IMG/VR virus record: IMGVR_UViG_3300002143_000235
Span: 1-64,000 of that record
Strand: one strand, 5' to 3'
Length of the DNA: 64,000 nucleotides
This document shows, in pieces, positions 29,702 through 39,484 of the stretch. Position numbers and translations under genes: made by a program. Under the pieces are notes generated by a model. That model saw nothing but the letters and a program-made list of their open reading frames with translations. It made no database searches and was not told the DNA's origin. Numbering within the stretch: the stretch's first letter is position 1; every line of letters starts with the position of its first letter.

Positions 29702-30301
29702 ATGAGTAAAGCAATAATTATTGAAGGCTCACGAAACGTAGGTAAAACACATCTACTCAAATCGTTGGATCTTCCAAATAACACATATAAATTTCCATTT
29801 GCATCGTACTTCAACGATTGCTTTAAGAATGATTTTGAGGGAGACTGGACGACTGTAAATGGACGACCAGAACTTTCATATTTTTCATTAGCATCTGACA
29901 TTGCCGTTCTTGATTTTATTAAACAAGGTCATATCACACACGACATCTTACTAGATCGTAATTTCTTATCTACACTAGTATTTGGAATTCTTACAACACG
30001 AATTACGTATGAACAAGCGTTAAATCAATTACAATGGATAATGAATAACTATGGTGATATTATAAATATCATCTGTATTCGTTCAAATTCTAGTGATAAA
30101 GATTCACGTGATAAAGATTCATGGGAAGTATACAATAAAGAGGAAACAGATCGTTTGTATAACACATTACTTTATGAATGTGATAAATGTAATCATGCAT
30201 CATTTTTTGCAAATGATTATAGCACACAAGCAATGAGTGAAGATTCACTTATTAAATTTAAACAAAAGATTATGTCACTTATGACAGATCTTCCACGATA
30301 A
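29702..30301 (+). CDS. dNMP/thymidylate kinase-like
   Basis: IIIEGSRNVGKT, ILLDRNFLS. Confidence 0.65.
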   Translation: MSKAIIIEGSRNVGKTHLLKSLDLPNNTYKFPFASYFNDCFKNDFEGDWTTVNGRPELSYFSLASDIAVLDFIKQGHITHDILLDRNFLSTLVFGILTTRITYEQALNQLQWIMNNYGDIINIICIRSNSSDKDSRDKDSWEVYNKEETDRLYNTLLYECDKCNHASFFANDYSTQAMSEDSLIKFKQKIMSLMTDLPR

Positions 30302-30310
30302 TTACTAGTT

Positions 30311-30359
30311 GGGCATGTCACAGTGAGTGTTTAGATGGGTTTGAATCCCAGCTTGTCCT
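30311..30359 (+). other. tRNA-like minihelix (acceptor stem plus T arm only)
   Basis: GGGCATG/CTTGTCC stem with one mismatch and G3:U70-like pair; TGGG-TTTGAAT-CCCA T arm. Confidence 0.3.
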
Positions 30360-30422
30360 TAAAGTGTAAAATAGGAAACTTTTTACTGCTAGTATTTTTT
30401 TTAATTAATAAACAGATAAACT

Positions 30423-30962
30423 ATGTCAGCAATTACACAAGATTTTATGTTTGAGACAGACGACTTAAACGATTTTTTACATGTTGCCAAAATGATGTTA
30501 CCAGTTTTATTTCATGCTGGTAATAATGAAAATCTACAATACCATAACATGTATTATGATAAATCTGAAAAACCACGTTATTGGTTTATGTTACCAGATG
30601 CTACAGGTAAAAAAGTACCAAAACGTAAATATGTATTATGTCTTACACATCATTTGTCAAAACCGTCCTCACCAAATGAAAATATTGTACCAATGGTATT
30701 CAAATTGAATGATGATGCAGTTATTCCATGGGATAGAAAATTGAAGTGGAAAAAATCAAGTTATAAACCACTACTTGAAGCAATTCGTGAATCTATTAGT
30801 ATTGATGAATCAAATTTTCGAAAAGAATTTCCAATAAATGGTTGGATTAAAGATGAATGTGAATATGATGGTTCATCAGGAATGAATTATAAAATGGAAT
30901 GGAAAGACTGTACACCTGAATCATTATACATCTCATTAGGTTATACTTATTATAGTAAATAA
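30423..30962 (+). CDS. hypothetical protein
   Basis: 179 aa ORF. Confidence 0.6.
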   Translation: MSAITQDFMFETDDLNDFLHVAKMMLPVLFHAGNNENLQYHNMYYDKSEKPRYWFMLPDATGKKVPKRKYVLCLTHHLSKPSSPNENIVPMVFKLNDDAVIPWDRKLKWKKSSYKPLLEAIRESISIDESNFRKEFPINGWIKDECEYDGSSGMNYKMEWKDCTPESLYISLGYTYYSK

Positions 30963-31192
30963 TGTTAACAAGCAAATTCTTAAAGCAATACATACTTCAA
31001 CATGAAGCATTGAAACTAATGACCAATTTCAAACGTACTCATGGTCTTACTTTACATGATAAAATATTGATGAAGAATGTAAATAGATATTTAAATAAAT
31101 TACAAAATTTAAATACTACACCTGATGTAGGTGACGTTGTAATTGATAAGAAAAATATTGAAATCTACAGACGGCGTTATACGTTAAAATAA
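30962..31192 (+). CDS. hypothetical protein
   Basis: 76 aa ORF, TAATG overlap. Confidence 0.55.
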   Translation: MLTSKFLKQYILQHEALKLMTNFKRTHGLTLHDKILMKNVNRYLNKLQNLNTTPDVGDVVIDKKNIEIYRRRYTLK

Positions 31193-31500
31193 CGGAATCC
31201 TTGAAATCCCTTCATTGGAACTGGAACAATTCTATGTAATTGTCCAGTTCTTTCAATGAATTTTCCTATCCACTGTTGTCCAGTAGTAGAGCATGTGAAA
31301 GTTTTTTCACTCTTTCCTGATACAATGTGGTATCCGATTACATTTCCATTGTAACAAATATAACATTTTGAACCAGTATTAACATCTGGAAAATTTGCTA
31401 CTTTAAAATTAAGTATAGCACCTTGTTCAGCAGCATCTAATTCTTTTTGATACTCTTCCCATTTTATTGATTTAGGAATAGTTATAATAATATCTCTCAT
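31177..31500 (-). CDS. hypothetical protein
   Basis: 107 aa ORF ending the minus-strand leader-family operon. Confidence 0.65.
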   Translation of the reverse strand: MRDIIITIPKSIKWEEYQKELDAAEQGAILNFKVANFPDVNTGSKCYICYNGNVIGYHIVSGKSEKTFTCSTTGQQWIGKFIERTGQLHRIVPVPMKGFQGFRYFNV

Positions 31501-31532
31501 ATTTTTGTATTATAATTTATTAATAAATGATA

Positions 31533-32135
31533 TTAATACCAAGGTTTGTTAGTTTTGACAGCTGAAAAATTATAATTAAAATTATTACCAACATCACCTT
31601 TCTTTATGATGTTAACTACTGCACCTTTTTTGTAATAATTTGGAATATCTTCATTTATATCCATTGTATCAAGTTTAGCAATTATTTCATTTGCACGTTT
31701 CTTAGAAATACGAAGAAATTGAATCATTCTTTCTTTAAACTCATTTACATTTTTATAAGTCTCTTCAAATCCCATTGATTGTCTTGAACCAATTTCTTCA
31801 CTGTGTTTAATAAATATGTAGTACACAGGATCGATATATTTTTCTTTCACTCTTACATGTACCCATTCGTCCACAATATCAACATTAACATCGTATATAG
31901 GCCATTTTAATTTGATCTCTTTAGCTACTTTGTATGCATCATCAATATCTTCTTGACCAGGTGTTTCATCTCCACTGTGTTCACGTGTTGTAAACATAAT
32001 TTCATTGTCATCAGAATTACCATCATTATAATATAATGTGGTACCTATATAGTTTTCCATAAAATCTATAATTTGTTGAAAGTCTGAACTACGTGATTCA
32101 TTTATTTTTTTCCATTCGTTAATTGTTGTTATCAT
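31533..32135 (-). CDS. putative head-internal protein (leader family)
   Basis: MITTINEWKKINES. Confidence 0.75.
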   Translation of the reverse strand: MITTINEWKKINESRSSDFQQIIDFMENYIGTTLYYNDGNSDDNEIMFTTREHSGDETPGQEDIDDAYKVAKEIKLKWPIYDVNVDIVDEWVHVRVKEKYIDPVYYIFIKHSEEIGSRQSMGFEETYKNVNEFKERMIQFLRISKKRANEIIAKLDTMDINEDIPNYYKKGAVVNIIKKGDVGNNFNYNFSAVKTNKPWY

Positions 32136-32755
32136 AGTAGTGGTTTTGAATTGTTTCCTATTTCTGATCCATCTGAAGTTCTTCCAGCGTTGATCTCTTG
32201 AGCTGTCACCAGCTTTATTTTTGAATCTGGTTGATCAAGTAAATCCATAATAATAGCTTGTTTTTCAGGTGTAAATGATACATCATAAATTTCAAAATAC
32301 CTGTAACTTTCTACATTATTGAATACACCCTTATCAAATATAACAGTTTTGTATGTCGCTGTAAAATCAGATACCCCAAGTGCATCAAAGATGTGTTCTT
32401 CTTCAACTAATTCTTCCATCAATTCGCGATCGATACTTGTTTCACGACCTTGTTTCATATTGAACCATTCAAGGTATTCATTAAGATTACTTTCTGGCAT
32501 CCAAAATCTAAGATCTGGTGTCTCCCGTTCGAATTCACAACCTAATCCTTGTAGAAAAGATAATGCTTCCGTATGGTACTCTGTAGCACCACCAAATGGA
32601 GTATAGATAGTATTTCCCTTAGCTGCTGAACTATGATTGACACATAACAAGTATTTACCATCTATGACGATACGAGCCAAAGCAGAACAACTCACTCTGA
32701 TTTTTTGATCAGTTGATTCGTATATTTTACGCCATTGGTTTATTGTTGTTATCAT
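32132..32755 (-). CDS. SMODS-associated NUDIX-like domain with capsid-targeting-like leader
   Basis: MITTINQWRKIYES; IRVSCSALARIVIDGKYLL..YTPFGGA..DLRF..WFN..RETSIDRELMEEL. Confidence 0.65.
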   Translation of the reverse strand: MITTINQWRKIYESTDQKIRVSCSALARIVIDGKYLLCVNHSSAAKGNTIYTPFGGATEYHTEALSFLQGLGCEFERETPDLRFWMPESNLNEYLEWFNMKQGRETSIDRELMEELVEEEHIFDALGVSDFTATYKTVIFDKGVFNNVESYRYFEIYDVSFTPEKQAIIMDLLDQPDSKIKLVTAQEINAGRTSDGSEIGNNSKPLL

Positions 32756-33351
32756 TATTCAAAGTTAACAATTTTATATACATTATTTGGTAAATATGTT
32801 TTAAGATATTCTTGATTACTTTTAGATGTAGTTATTTTAACTATTTTTTTTACAATATTAGTTATATCACCAGATGTTGAGCGAAACTCTTTTTCATGAC
32901 TAAGATTTTCACCGGGCATACTATCATCATATTCATAAATAAGAGGTAAATCTTTAATATCAAACATTAATCTAACATCTATTTCTTGACCATCGTCAAA
33001 TTGTTTAAATACCCATAAGTCACTATCAACAGTAAAAGATATTGCATTATTAAACTGTTTTAATGTATTTGAATTAATAATTTCAATTAAATGTTTTATA
33101 GTAGTAAAATGATAAACGAATTGTATTGCTGATATTTCACCACCAGCCCACTCATATTCCTTCGAATCACCGTCTAAAATCACAAAATAAATTAGATCGT
33201 CTCCATCATTATTAATTTTTGATATTCGTGCATTATGATAATCACCATTCCAATCATGGACATAAACTGGTTGATTGATTGTAAATATTGGTTTTGTTTT
33301 ATATGAAATACTTTCGTTAAATTGTTTCCATTCATTAATTGTTGTTATCAT
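32755..33351 (-). CDS. leader-family protein, C-terminal ADP-ribosyltransferase-like motifs (tentative)
   Basis: MITTINEWKQFNES; YHFTT..ISFT..EKE. Confidence 0.5.
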   Translation of the reverse strand: MITTINEWKQFNESISYKTKPIFTINQPVYVHDWNGDYHNARISKINNDGDDLIYFVILDGDSKEYEWAGGEISAIQFVYHFTTIKHLIEIINSNTLKQFNNAISFTVDSDLWVFKQFDDGQEIDVRLMFDIKDLPLIYEYDDSMPGENLSHEKEFRSTSGDITNIVKKIVKITTSKSNQEYLKTYLPNNVYKIVNFE

Positions 33352-34211
33352 ATCTTGTCAGGTGGGCATTCTATCCATTCATTACCTGTCCATTTAAACC
33401 AACCTGGTTCATTAGGACAGCCAACTTCATTTTCTATTTCTACTGATATTTTATCAGATTGTTTATAATCAATTGCAACAGCGTCTTTCATAAAGTATTC
33501 TAAGTCTTCAGAAAACGGATTTGCATCACCCAAACAAACAAATATTTTTATTTGATCTGGATTATAAAATACATCACCGTATTCACCATTACAAATAATA
33601 GCGATGGCTGTTGCATATCTTTGCAATTTATCATTATCAATAACATCATTTTGAACAGAAACAAAATGTATTGTTTCTGTTACAGATCTATCTGACATTA
33701 AACTTAATGGCTGATCAGTTGGAGAAAAATATCCTAATTGTTTTTCTATTTCAATACGTCCTGAATCTTTATCATTTAAAAAATTAGGACAATATCCGTC
33801 TTCAAGTTCTAAAACACGCTTTTGAACATACGACATTATTGTAATATATTCTTCACCATTATCATGAAGAAAATCATCTTGAGGTACATTTTCAAGGTTT
33901 TCTTCTAAAAGTGTTTTTACATGATTAAGAACCTCATTCCATAAACGAAAACCTTTTTGCATACAAACAAGGGCCATTGTAATACAAAATTGATTATGCC
34001 AAAATTTTGAACCGTGCCATGAATTATCAACATTGTTAAAATAACCTTGAAGTTTATCATTTACAAAATTATCAATAGCTGGTGTTAATTCAGCTCCAAA
34101 AGTATCAGCAATAGAATCATCATAATACTGACTCGGCCAATATGACATTGATCCTTCTTTAATTAAATTATTCTTGTTATGAATGCGCCATTCATTAATT
34201 GTCGTTATCAT
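33348..34211 (-). CDS. putative head-internal protein (leader family)
   Basis: MITTINEWRIHNKNNLIKEG. Confidence 0.7.
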   Translation of the reverse strand: MITTINEWRIHNKNNLIKEGSMSYWPSQYYDDSIADTFGAELTPAIDNFVNDKLQGYFNNVDNSWHGSKFWHNQFCITMALVCMQKGFRLWNEVLNHVKTLLEENLENVPQDDFLHDNGEEYITIMSYVQKRVLELEDGYCPNFLNDKDSGRIEIEKQLGYFSPTDQPLSLMSDRSVTETIHFVSVQNDVIDNDKLQRYATAIAIICNGEYGDVFYNPDQIKIFVCLGDANPFSEDLEYFMKDAVAIDYKQSDKISVEIENEVGCPNEPGWFKWTGNEWIECPPDKI

Positions 34212-34729
34212 AAAGTATAAAGTTTACTTTCTATCTCTGGAAATTCACCAGGAAATAATTCAAAATGACGTTCGTATGACCCATCGATTCTAATGGGTTT
34301 ATCCATTACTAAAAATTTTCCATCACCAAAATCATCACCTATCTGACCTTTGATATATTGATTGTCAGATACTTTATAATAAATAATATCATTTAATTTT
34401 AACGATGATAAATCTGTAACTAATTTATAAGCTGCTTCAACTGGTGCACTATTGTTTAGAACATCTAATGCTTTTTTAATAGCCCCAGGATTAAGAATAT
34501 TTACTTGATTATTTTCATCTTTTACTGCAAGGTACGTACCAGTAGGAATGTGATATCCCATAGGATTGTGTGGAACTTGTACATTAAATTTTTTATATAA
34601 ATCAAGTCGTTCGCCGTAACCCAAAATGGTTACCACACCGCGATTATAGAGATCAAGCTTTTTACCGATAAGCTTATCGTAATGTGCATTTTCATTGTGT
34701 TGCATCCACTCATTAATTGTTGTTATCAT
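34208..34729 (-). CDS. putative head-internal protein (leader family; true start 34729)
   Basis: MITTINEWMQHNEN with ATGA overlap at 34726-34729. Confidence 0.7.
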   Translation of the reverse strand: MITTINEWMQHNENAHYDKLIGKKLDLYNRGVVTILGYGERLDLYKKFNVQVPHNPMGYHIPTGTYLAVKDENNQVNILNPGAIKKALDVLNNSAPVEAAYKLVTDLSSLKLNDIIYYKVSDNQYIKGQIGDDFGDGKFLVMDKPIRIDGSYERHFELFPGEFPEIESKLYTL

Positions 34730-35574
34730 ATCTTTATCATGTACCAATTGAACCAGTAATATACTGGTTTTTTTATATAAATTGTTTTTTCTTTGTAGAT
34801 AGCTTTGATTCTATTTTCATCACTATGAATAACATCAATTGCATCACCCTCTAATATCCTTATGTACTGACCAAGTTCAGTCTGTACAATAATTTCATGT
34901 GCTACAGATCTGTATACACCAGGTTTCACCTTAAACCAATCCTTTATGTGTGACCAGACACGTCCTACAACACGTATTTGAGATTCTTTGTCAAAGCTTT
35001 TCATGTCTGGTGTAACAAACTGTGGTCTATCACCTAGTTCACTATCATTACCAACATTTAAGAATTTACCCCATATTTCATCTTCCATATCGTTTAATTT
35101 GAAACGGATATAGATATTTAAACCAAGTCCATGTGAGCATGGAACCATTTGCATAATACGCAGTCCAGAAATAGTTATTACATCCTGGTCATTCAATGTT
35201 TTCATGTTAAGATAAGCAGCAATACCATTCGGAAACATCTGCTTAATTACCATAGTTGCATTGTGGTAATTTTGTATTGTACTTTTTTTAGAACCTGTTG
35301 GATGAGCACCAAACCGTGCACTCCACGTACTCATTGGATTATTATTAAAATAAATTGCTGCTGGTACTAAACGGTCAGATTTTATATCTGTGTCACCTTG
35401 TTGAATTTTTTTTGATGATTTAGGATTTGGACAAGAATCATCACGCATCCAATCAGGAAGTTCATAATTTGGATCAAAACAAATATCTGTAAAATCAACA
35501 CTATTTGACGTACTACCGTCAAGATAAGGATTAAAATTTTCTAAAACTTGTTTTTTTGTTTGTAAGTACTTCAT
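34726..35574 (-). CDS. hypothetical protein with CTS-like N-terminus
   Basis: MKYLQTKKQVLEN; TGATATATAA upstream. Confidence 0.65.
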   Translation of the reverse strand: MKYLQTKKQVLENFNPYLDGSTSNSVDFTDICFDPNYELPDWMRDDSCPNPKSSKKIQQGDTDIKSDRLVPAAIYFNNNPMSTWSARFGAHPTGSKKSTIQNYHNATMVIKQMFPNGIAAYLNMKTLNDQDVITISGLRIMQMVPCSHGLGLNIYIRFKLNDMEDEIWGKFLNVGNDSELGDRPQFVTPDMKSFDKESQIRVVGRVWSHIKDWFKVKPGVYRSVAHEIIVQTELGQYIRILEGDAIDVIHSDENRIKAIYKEKTIYIKKPVYYWFNWYMIKI

Positions 35575-35645
35575 GTCAATTTATATATCAATTTCAAACA
35601 TTTTGTATTATAATTAATACAATTAAAAAAAAATATATTATCTTT

Positions 35646-35849
35646 ATGGCAACAAAAAGTAAACACCGTAAAAATCATAAAGCAAAGGTTCAATCGCGTA
35701 ATAATCAAAAGTTACAAGAAAAAAAACATCATACACATCGTCTAACTAAAATGTTTGCAGAAATGCTAAAAGAACAACAAGAAAACATTACAAAAGAAGA
35801 TACAAATGTTACTGATGTAATACTACCTGAAACAGTGTCAATTACATAA
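35646..35849 (+). CDS. small basic protein (likely start MATKSKHRK)
   Basis: Lys/His-rich ORF. Confidence 0.6.
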   Translation: MATKSKHRKNHKAKVQSRNNQKLQEKKHHTHRLTKMFAEMLKEQQENITKEDTNVTDVILPETVSIT

Positions 35850-35859
35850 TAACAAACAT

Positions 35860-36531
35860 ATGGAAAATGATTATAAACCACCTGTTTTTAAAAACAGGCA
35901 TAACGAAAAGTACGATACCGTTGATGGTGTTAAATGGGATTCTAGAGCGTGTGCAGTTGTTGCTCACGTATGGTGTCAAGTAATCCACACAAATGACATG
36001 ATCACGAATTATGTTCTTGTAGGCAAACGTGGAACTGGTGGTGACAATCCAGGTTTACTTAATCTTCCGTGTGGATATATTGATTGGGATGAAACATTAG
36101 CAGAAGCTGCTGCACGTGAAGTGTGGGAAGAAACTGGTCTTGATCTTAATTTTTATGCTGACAAAATCAGTGTGATGGCATTGGATGAACCTTGGTACGT
36201 TAATACAAATCCAACTGAAAATCGTCAAAATATATCATTACATACAGCAGTTGTTATCACACTGAACGAGACTGATAAACTTCCTGAATTGTCTCTTGAC
36301 AACATGGAAGAGGATGAAAGTGATGGTGCTTACTGGTTTCCAATTCACGATATCCTTGAATCGGATCCTGAATTGTGGGCTTTTAAACACAAAGAGCGTA
36401 TCATTCATTTTATGAATTACTTAGTTGCTTTTCTTGATGAAAATGTTCCTGATGTTCTTGATGAAAATGTTCCTTACTTAGTTGATTTTCTTGATGAAAA
36501 TGCTCCTGATATTTCTAGTGAACTAGATTAA
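35860..36531 (+). CDS. Nudix hydrolase
   Basis: LPCGYIDWDETLAEAAAREVWEETGL Nudix box; C-terminal LDEN(V/A)P x3 repeat. Confidence 0.9.
   Translation: MENDYKPPVFKNRHNEKYDTVDGVKWDSRACAVVAHVWCQVIHTNDMITNYVLVGKRGTGGDNPGLLNLPCGYIDWDETLAEAAAREVWEETGLDLNFYADKISVMALDEPWYVNTNPTENRQNISLHTAVVITLNETDKLPELSLDNMEEDESDGAYWFPIHDILESDPELWAFKHKERIIHFMNYLVAFLDENVPDVLDENVPYLVDFLDENAPDISSELD
36418..36512 (+). repeat. short tandem repeat TCTTGATGAAAATGYTCCT x3 in coding tail
   Basis: direct reading of sequence. Confidence 0.9.
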
Positions 36532-36540
36532 ATAAATATG

Positions 36541-36570
36541 AGAAGAGGGAGAATTTATTCTCCCTCTTCT
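36541..36570. terminator. bidirectional terminator between convergent genes
   Basis: agaagagggagaat-tt-attctccctcttct. Confidence 0.8.
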
Positions 36571-37265
36571 TCTTCACGTGATATACGTTCTCGTTCTTTT
36601 TGTGCTGCAACAATATCATGAATGTTTTGAGTCAATTCTGCTTGACTTACTATCACACGTTTATCTTCTACATTTTTTGTATCTAATTCAGCTGCAATTT
36701 TTTCTTCTTCATTTTCAAATCCGAATGTAGCTGCATAATTTTTCCAATATGTATCACATTTGTTAAGTAATGTATCTGTAGCATTCATATTGTTACGAAG
36801 TTCTTGCTGTGCTTTGTTTACAGAATCAAACATTTCTTTACTCGGATCCCCACCGTCAATTGTTTCCTGAAGTTGAATGAGGTTTGCTTCACTAATCTCT
36901 TCCATTAATAATAACCGGGCGTATTTACGTGCATCATTTTGTTGTAAATCTTTTACACGTGGTGCTTCAAGTGTTTTTGGATTTTTGACATATGTCTTAA
37001 TAATATTCAATATTACTTGATCAGCATATCTATTATGATTAGTTTTCTTTTCATCATAATCTATATACTTAATATCTGTAGATGTAGGTAAATCAGACTG
37101 ATCTGCAGTAAACGAAGATGTATCAAACTTATGTGGATCAGAATGTAAAATTGCTTCAAGTTCATCAAGACGCTCTTTAGTAGCTGATATTTTTTTAACT
37201 TTTGGTACGACTGGTTTTGCACCACCACTATTGGCTGGATCTAAAATATTATCGATGTCGCTCAT
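36555..37265 (-). CDS. hypothetical helical protein
   Basis: 236 aa ORF. Confidence 0.65.
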   Translation of the reverse strand: MSDIDNILDPANSGGAKPVVPKVKKISATKERLDELEAILHSDPHKFDTSSFTADQSDLPTSTDIKYIDYDEKKTNHNRYADQVILNIIKTYVKNPKTLEAPRVKDLQQNDARKYARLLLMEEISEANLIQLQETIDGGDPSKEMFDSVNKAQQELRNNMNATDTLLNKCDTYWKNYAATFGFENEEEKIAAELDTKNVEDKRVIVSQAELTQNIHDIVAAQKERERISREEEEGE

Positions 37266-38563
37266 AATTTATCTGTTTTCTTTGTTAATTTTTTCTTATC
37301 ATCAGTAGCATTTGTATCACCAAATAATGATCCAATTTCTGGATAGACATATCCTTTTGCATCAGTTTCCCATTTAATATTAGGAAACTTAGACATGTCT
37401 GTAAGTTTGCTATAATTTGATAATTTAGTATTAAAATTGAATAATGACTCAACGCGTACTTGAATCTTGCGTACCAACGTATTGAGATGTTCAAGAGCAA
37501 TTTCATTTATAATACCAATTCCTTGTTTGTGCGGTCGCTGAAATGAAGAAAGTAATATTTTTAACAAGTATTCCAATTTAGAATGCATATTAACATTTTG
37601 AATTGTTGTTTTATCCTGAATCAGAGCTTGATTAATACGAAATTTATCAGTATTAAAAAATGCTGGAACAACAAATTTAAACTGTAGTATGTTGTCTCTA
37701 TTTTTTTCAACATACATATTAAATAATTTTGATATTAAATTAATGTATACTAATTCACGTACTGTACCCTGTATTTCAATTGTATCTAAATCTATGGTCA
37801 ATAACCATTGCATAAAATTAAAAAGTAAAATTGAATACACGTCTGAAAATTCAGAATCTGTTTTTAATATCATTTTTTGATATAATGGATTTAATATCTC
37901 CATTGTAATTTCCTGTTGTTCGTTTGTAAAGCGAATAACAATTTTTTCAAGATTATTCTGATATCCTGATGTTTTTAAATATGATGTTTGTGTAAATGGA
38001 TTTAAAATCTTGTAAAAAAATTCAGCGAAATTTGATTCTTTAAATACTAATGATAAATCTTTTTCTGATGTATTTAAAAAGAAATTGATTGCTGAAAGTT
38101 GTTTATCACTCAATCGTCCTTTATAAATAATAGGGAGTGTTTCAACACCGAGCAAATCAGCATAAGTATTTAGTTCGTTTATATCACGTGAATATATTTT
38201 TCCATATTTACAGATACATGTCAAAATTAGGTGATTCTTTGGAATGCGATCATAGCGAATATTTGCTGGTTGTTCATCAGGAAAATATTCGAAACAAAAA
38301 TACATATTTGCACGAATTAAATCTGTTACTTCATTTGGAAGCGAAAGTAAATAAGCCCAAGCCCATTTGTAATATTTTTGTGTAGCTAAATCAATAATAT
38401 TTACTGGTGTTTGGTTGATATTTTTTGGTCGAATATTCCAATTACCGTTTGCATAGTTACACCATATTTTACTTGCTTGTACATCTTCGTACACAACGAT
38501 CTCTTGGTTGGATAGTTTATTGATGAAGACATCGGACTCCATATTAGTATTTCTTAAAATCAT
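37262..38563 (-). CDS. hypothetical protein with degenerate RNA-ligase-like nucleotidyltransferase motifs
   Basis: VYEDVQASKI, FCFEY, LLGVETLPIIYKG, EKIVIR. Confidence 0.4.
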   Translation of the reverse strand: MILRNTNMESDVFINKLSNQEIVVYEDVQASKIWCNYANGNWNIRPKNINQTPVNIIDLATQKYYKWAWAYLLSLPNEVTDLIRANMYFCFEYFPDEQPANIRYDRIPKNHLILTCICKYGKIYSRDINELNTYADLLGVETLPIIYKGRLSDKQLSAINFFLNTSEKDLSLVFKESNFAEFFYKILNPFTQTSYLKTSGYQNNLEKIVIRFTNEQQEITMEILNPLYQKMILKTDSEFSDVYSILLFNFMQWLLTIDLDTIEIQGTVRELVYINLISKLFNMYVEKNRDNILQFKFVVPAFFNTDKFRINQALIQDKTTIQNVNMHSKLEYLLKILLSSFQRPHKQGIGIINEIALEHLNTLVRKIQVRVESLFNFNTKLSNYSKLTDMSKFPNIKWETDAKGYVYPEIGSLFGDTNATDDKKKLTKKTDKL

Positions 38564-38611
38564 AAAAATAACAATATCTGTTTTTATTGCTTGTAGATTT
38601 ATATATAGACT

Positions 38612-38860
38612 ATGGACTTATCCACACTTCATAATTTTAGCAAAGATGCGTGGTATCGTGGTCACAAACGCATCAAAGTTTTATCAGGAACAGATGAAGT
38701 TCTTTACTTTTCTAATAATGATGTTGTTCAAGTAAAGGGTACTGAACTCTATATAAACAAACAGCTTGTATCAAATATCCCAGACATGACTGCTGAAGAA
38801 GTGATAATACTTTATATAAATTACCTGAAAACAAAGGGATATAAATTTTTGAATATGTAA
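38612..38860 (+). CDS. hypothetical protein
   Basis: 82 aa, TATATAG motif upstream. Confidence 0.6.
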   Translation: MDLSTLHNFSKDAWYRGHKRIKVLSGTDEVLYFSNNDVVQVKGTELYINKQLVSNIPDMTAEEVIILYINYLKTKGYKFLNM

Positions 38861-38861
38861 T

Positions 38862-39410
38862 ATGGATCTAATGAGTTGCACACCACCAACACCAACAAAA
38901 GTGTTATTTGAAACACCTGAAATTAAAGTATTAAAGGTCAATGGACAAACAGTAACACAATCTTCTGATGTAATTGTTTGCCTTCCATATCTTGTAGAAC
39001 GTGCATCTTTACTATTTCGTTACACCCCAGAAAAAGCATTCTCTGTTGTTAATCCAAACATAGATAAATATGTTACAGCTCTTAACATTACAATGGAAGA
39101 AGGCGAAACACCAGCTGAAGCGATTAAAATTGGTCTTAAATACATATATGGTCTCGAATTAAAGAATTTTGAACCTGAGATCCAACCAGCAATGTTTGTT
39201 GCGCCAGGATCAGCTACACGCTATCATGTTTGCATCATGCCATTAATGAATCATAATTTTGAACAAATACAACCAGACGAATCAATGAAACTACAGATGA
39301 TAAATTCGAATGTTATTTTTCAAACTAATGAACTTAATAACCTTATAATTTACGATATCTTGACAAAATATACACTTGATATTTTCAAAGATAAATATCT
39401 TCTTTATTAA
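38862..39410 (+). CDS. degenerate Nudix-fold protein
   Basis: MEEGETPAEAIKIGLKYIYGL lacks the REUXEE glutamates. Confidence 0.5.
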   Translation: MDLMSCTPPTPTKVLFETPEIKVLKVNGQTVTQSSDVIVCLPYLVERASLLFRYTPEKAFSVVNPNIDKYVTALNITMEEGETPAEAIKIGLKYIYGLELKNFEPEIQPAMFVAPGSATRYHVCIMPLMNHNFEQIQPDESMKLQMINSNVIFQTNELNNLIIYDILTKYTLDIFKDKYLLY

Positions 39411-39411
39411 T

Positions 39412-39480
39412 TGCGTCACCGTAGGTGAATGCATTGGCATCGTGAAGCCGTACTCACGCACAGCACCTGGGTGCTGTTTT
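39412..39480. ncRNA. GC-rich multi-hairpin element ending in a terminator
   Basis: TCACC/GGTGA, ATGC/GCAT, CGTGA/TCACG and CAGCAC/GTGCTG stems followed by a T run. Confidence 0.35.
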
Positions 39481-39484
39481 TATT

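Noticed and set aside
31533-34729. CRISPR array or DGR from recurring atgataacaacaattaatgaatgg
   Set aside because: The repeats are in-frame gene starts separated by 500-860 nt ORFs; no cas or reverse transcriptase gene is present.
36418-36512. Functional repeat locus in the Nudix tail
   Set aside because: Looks like simple slippage duplication in a dispensable acidic tail.
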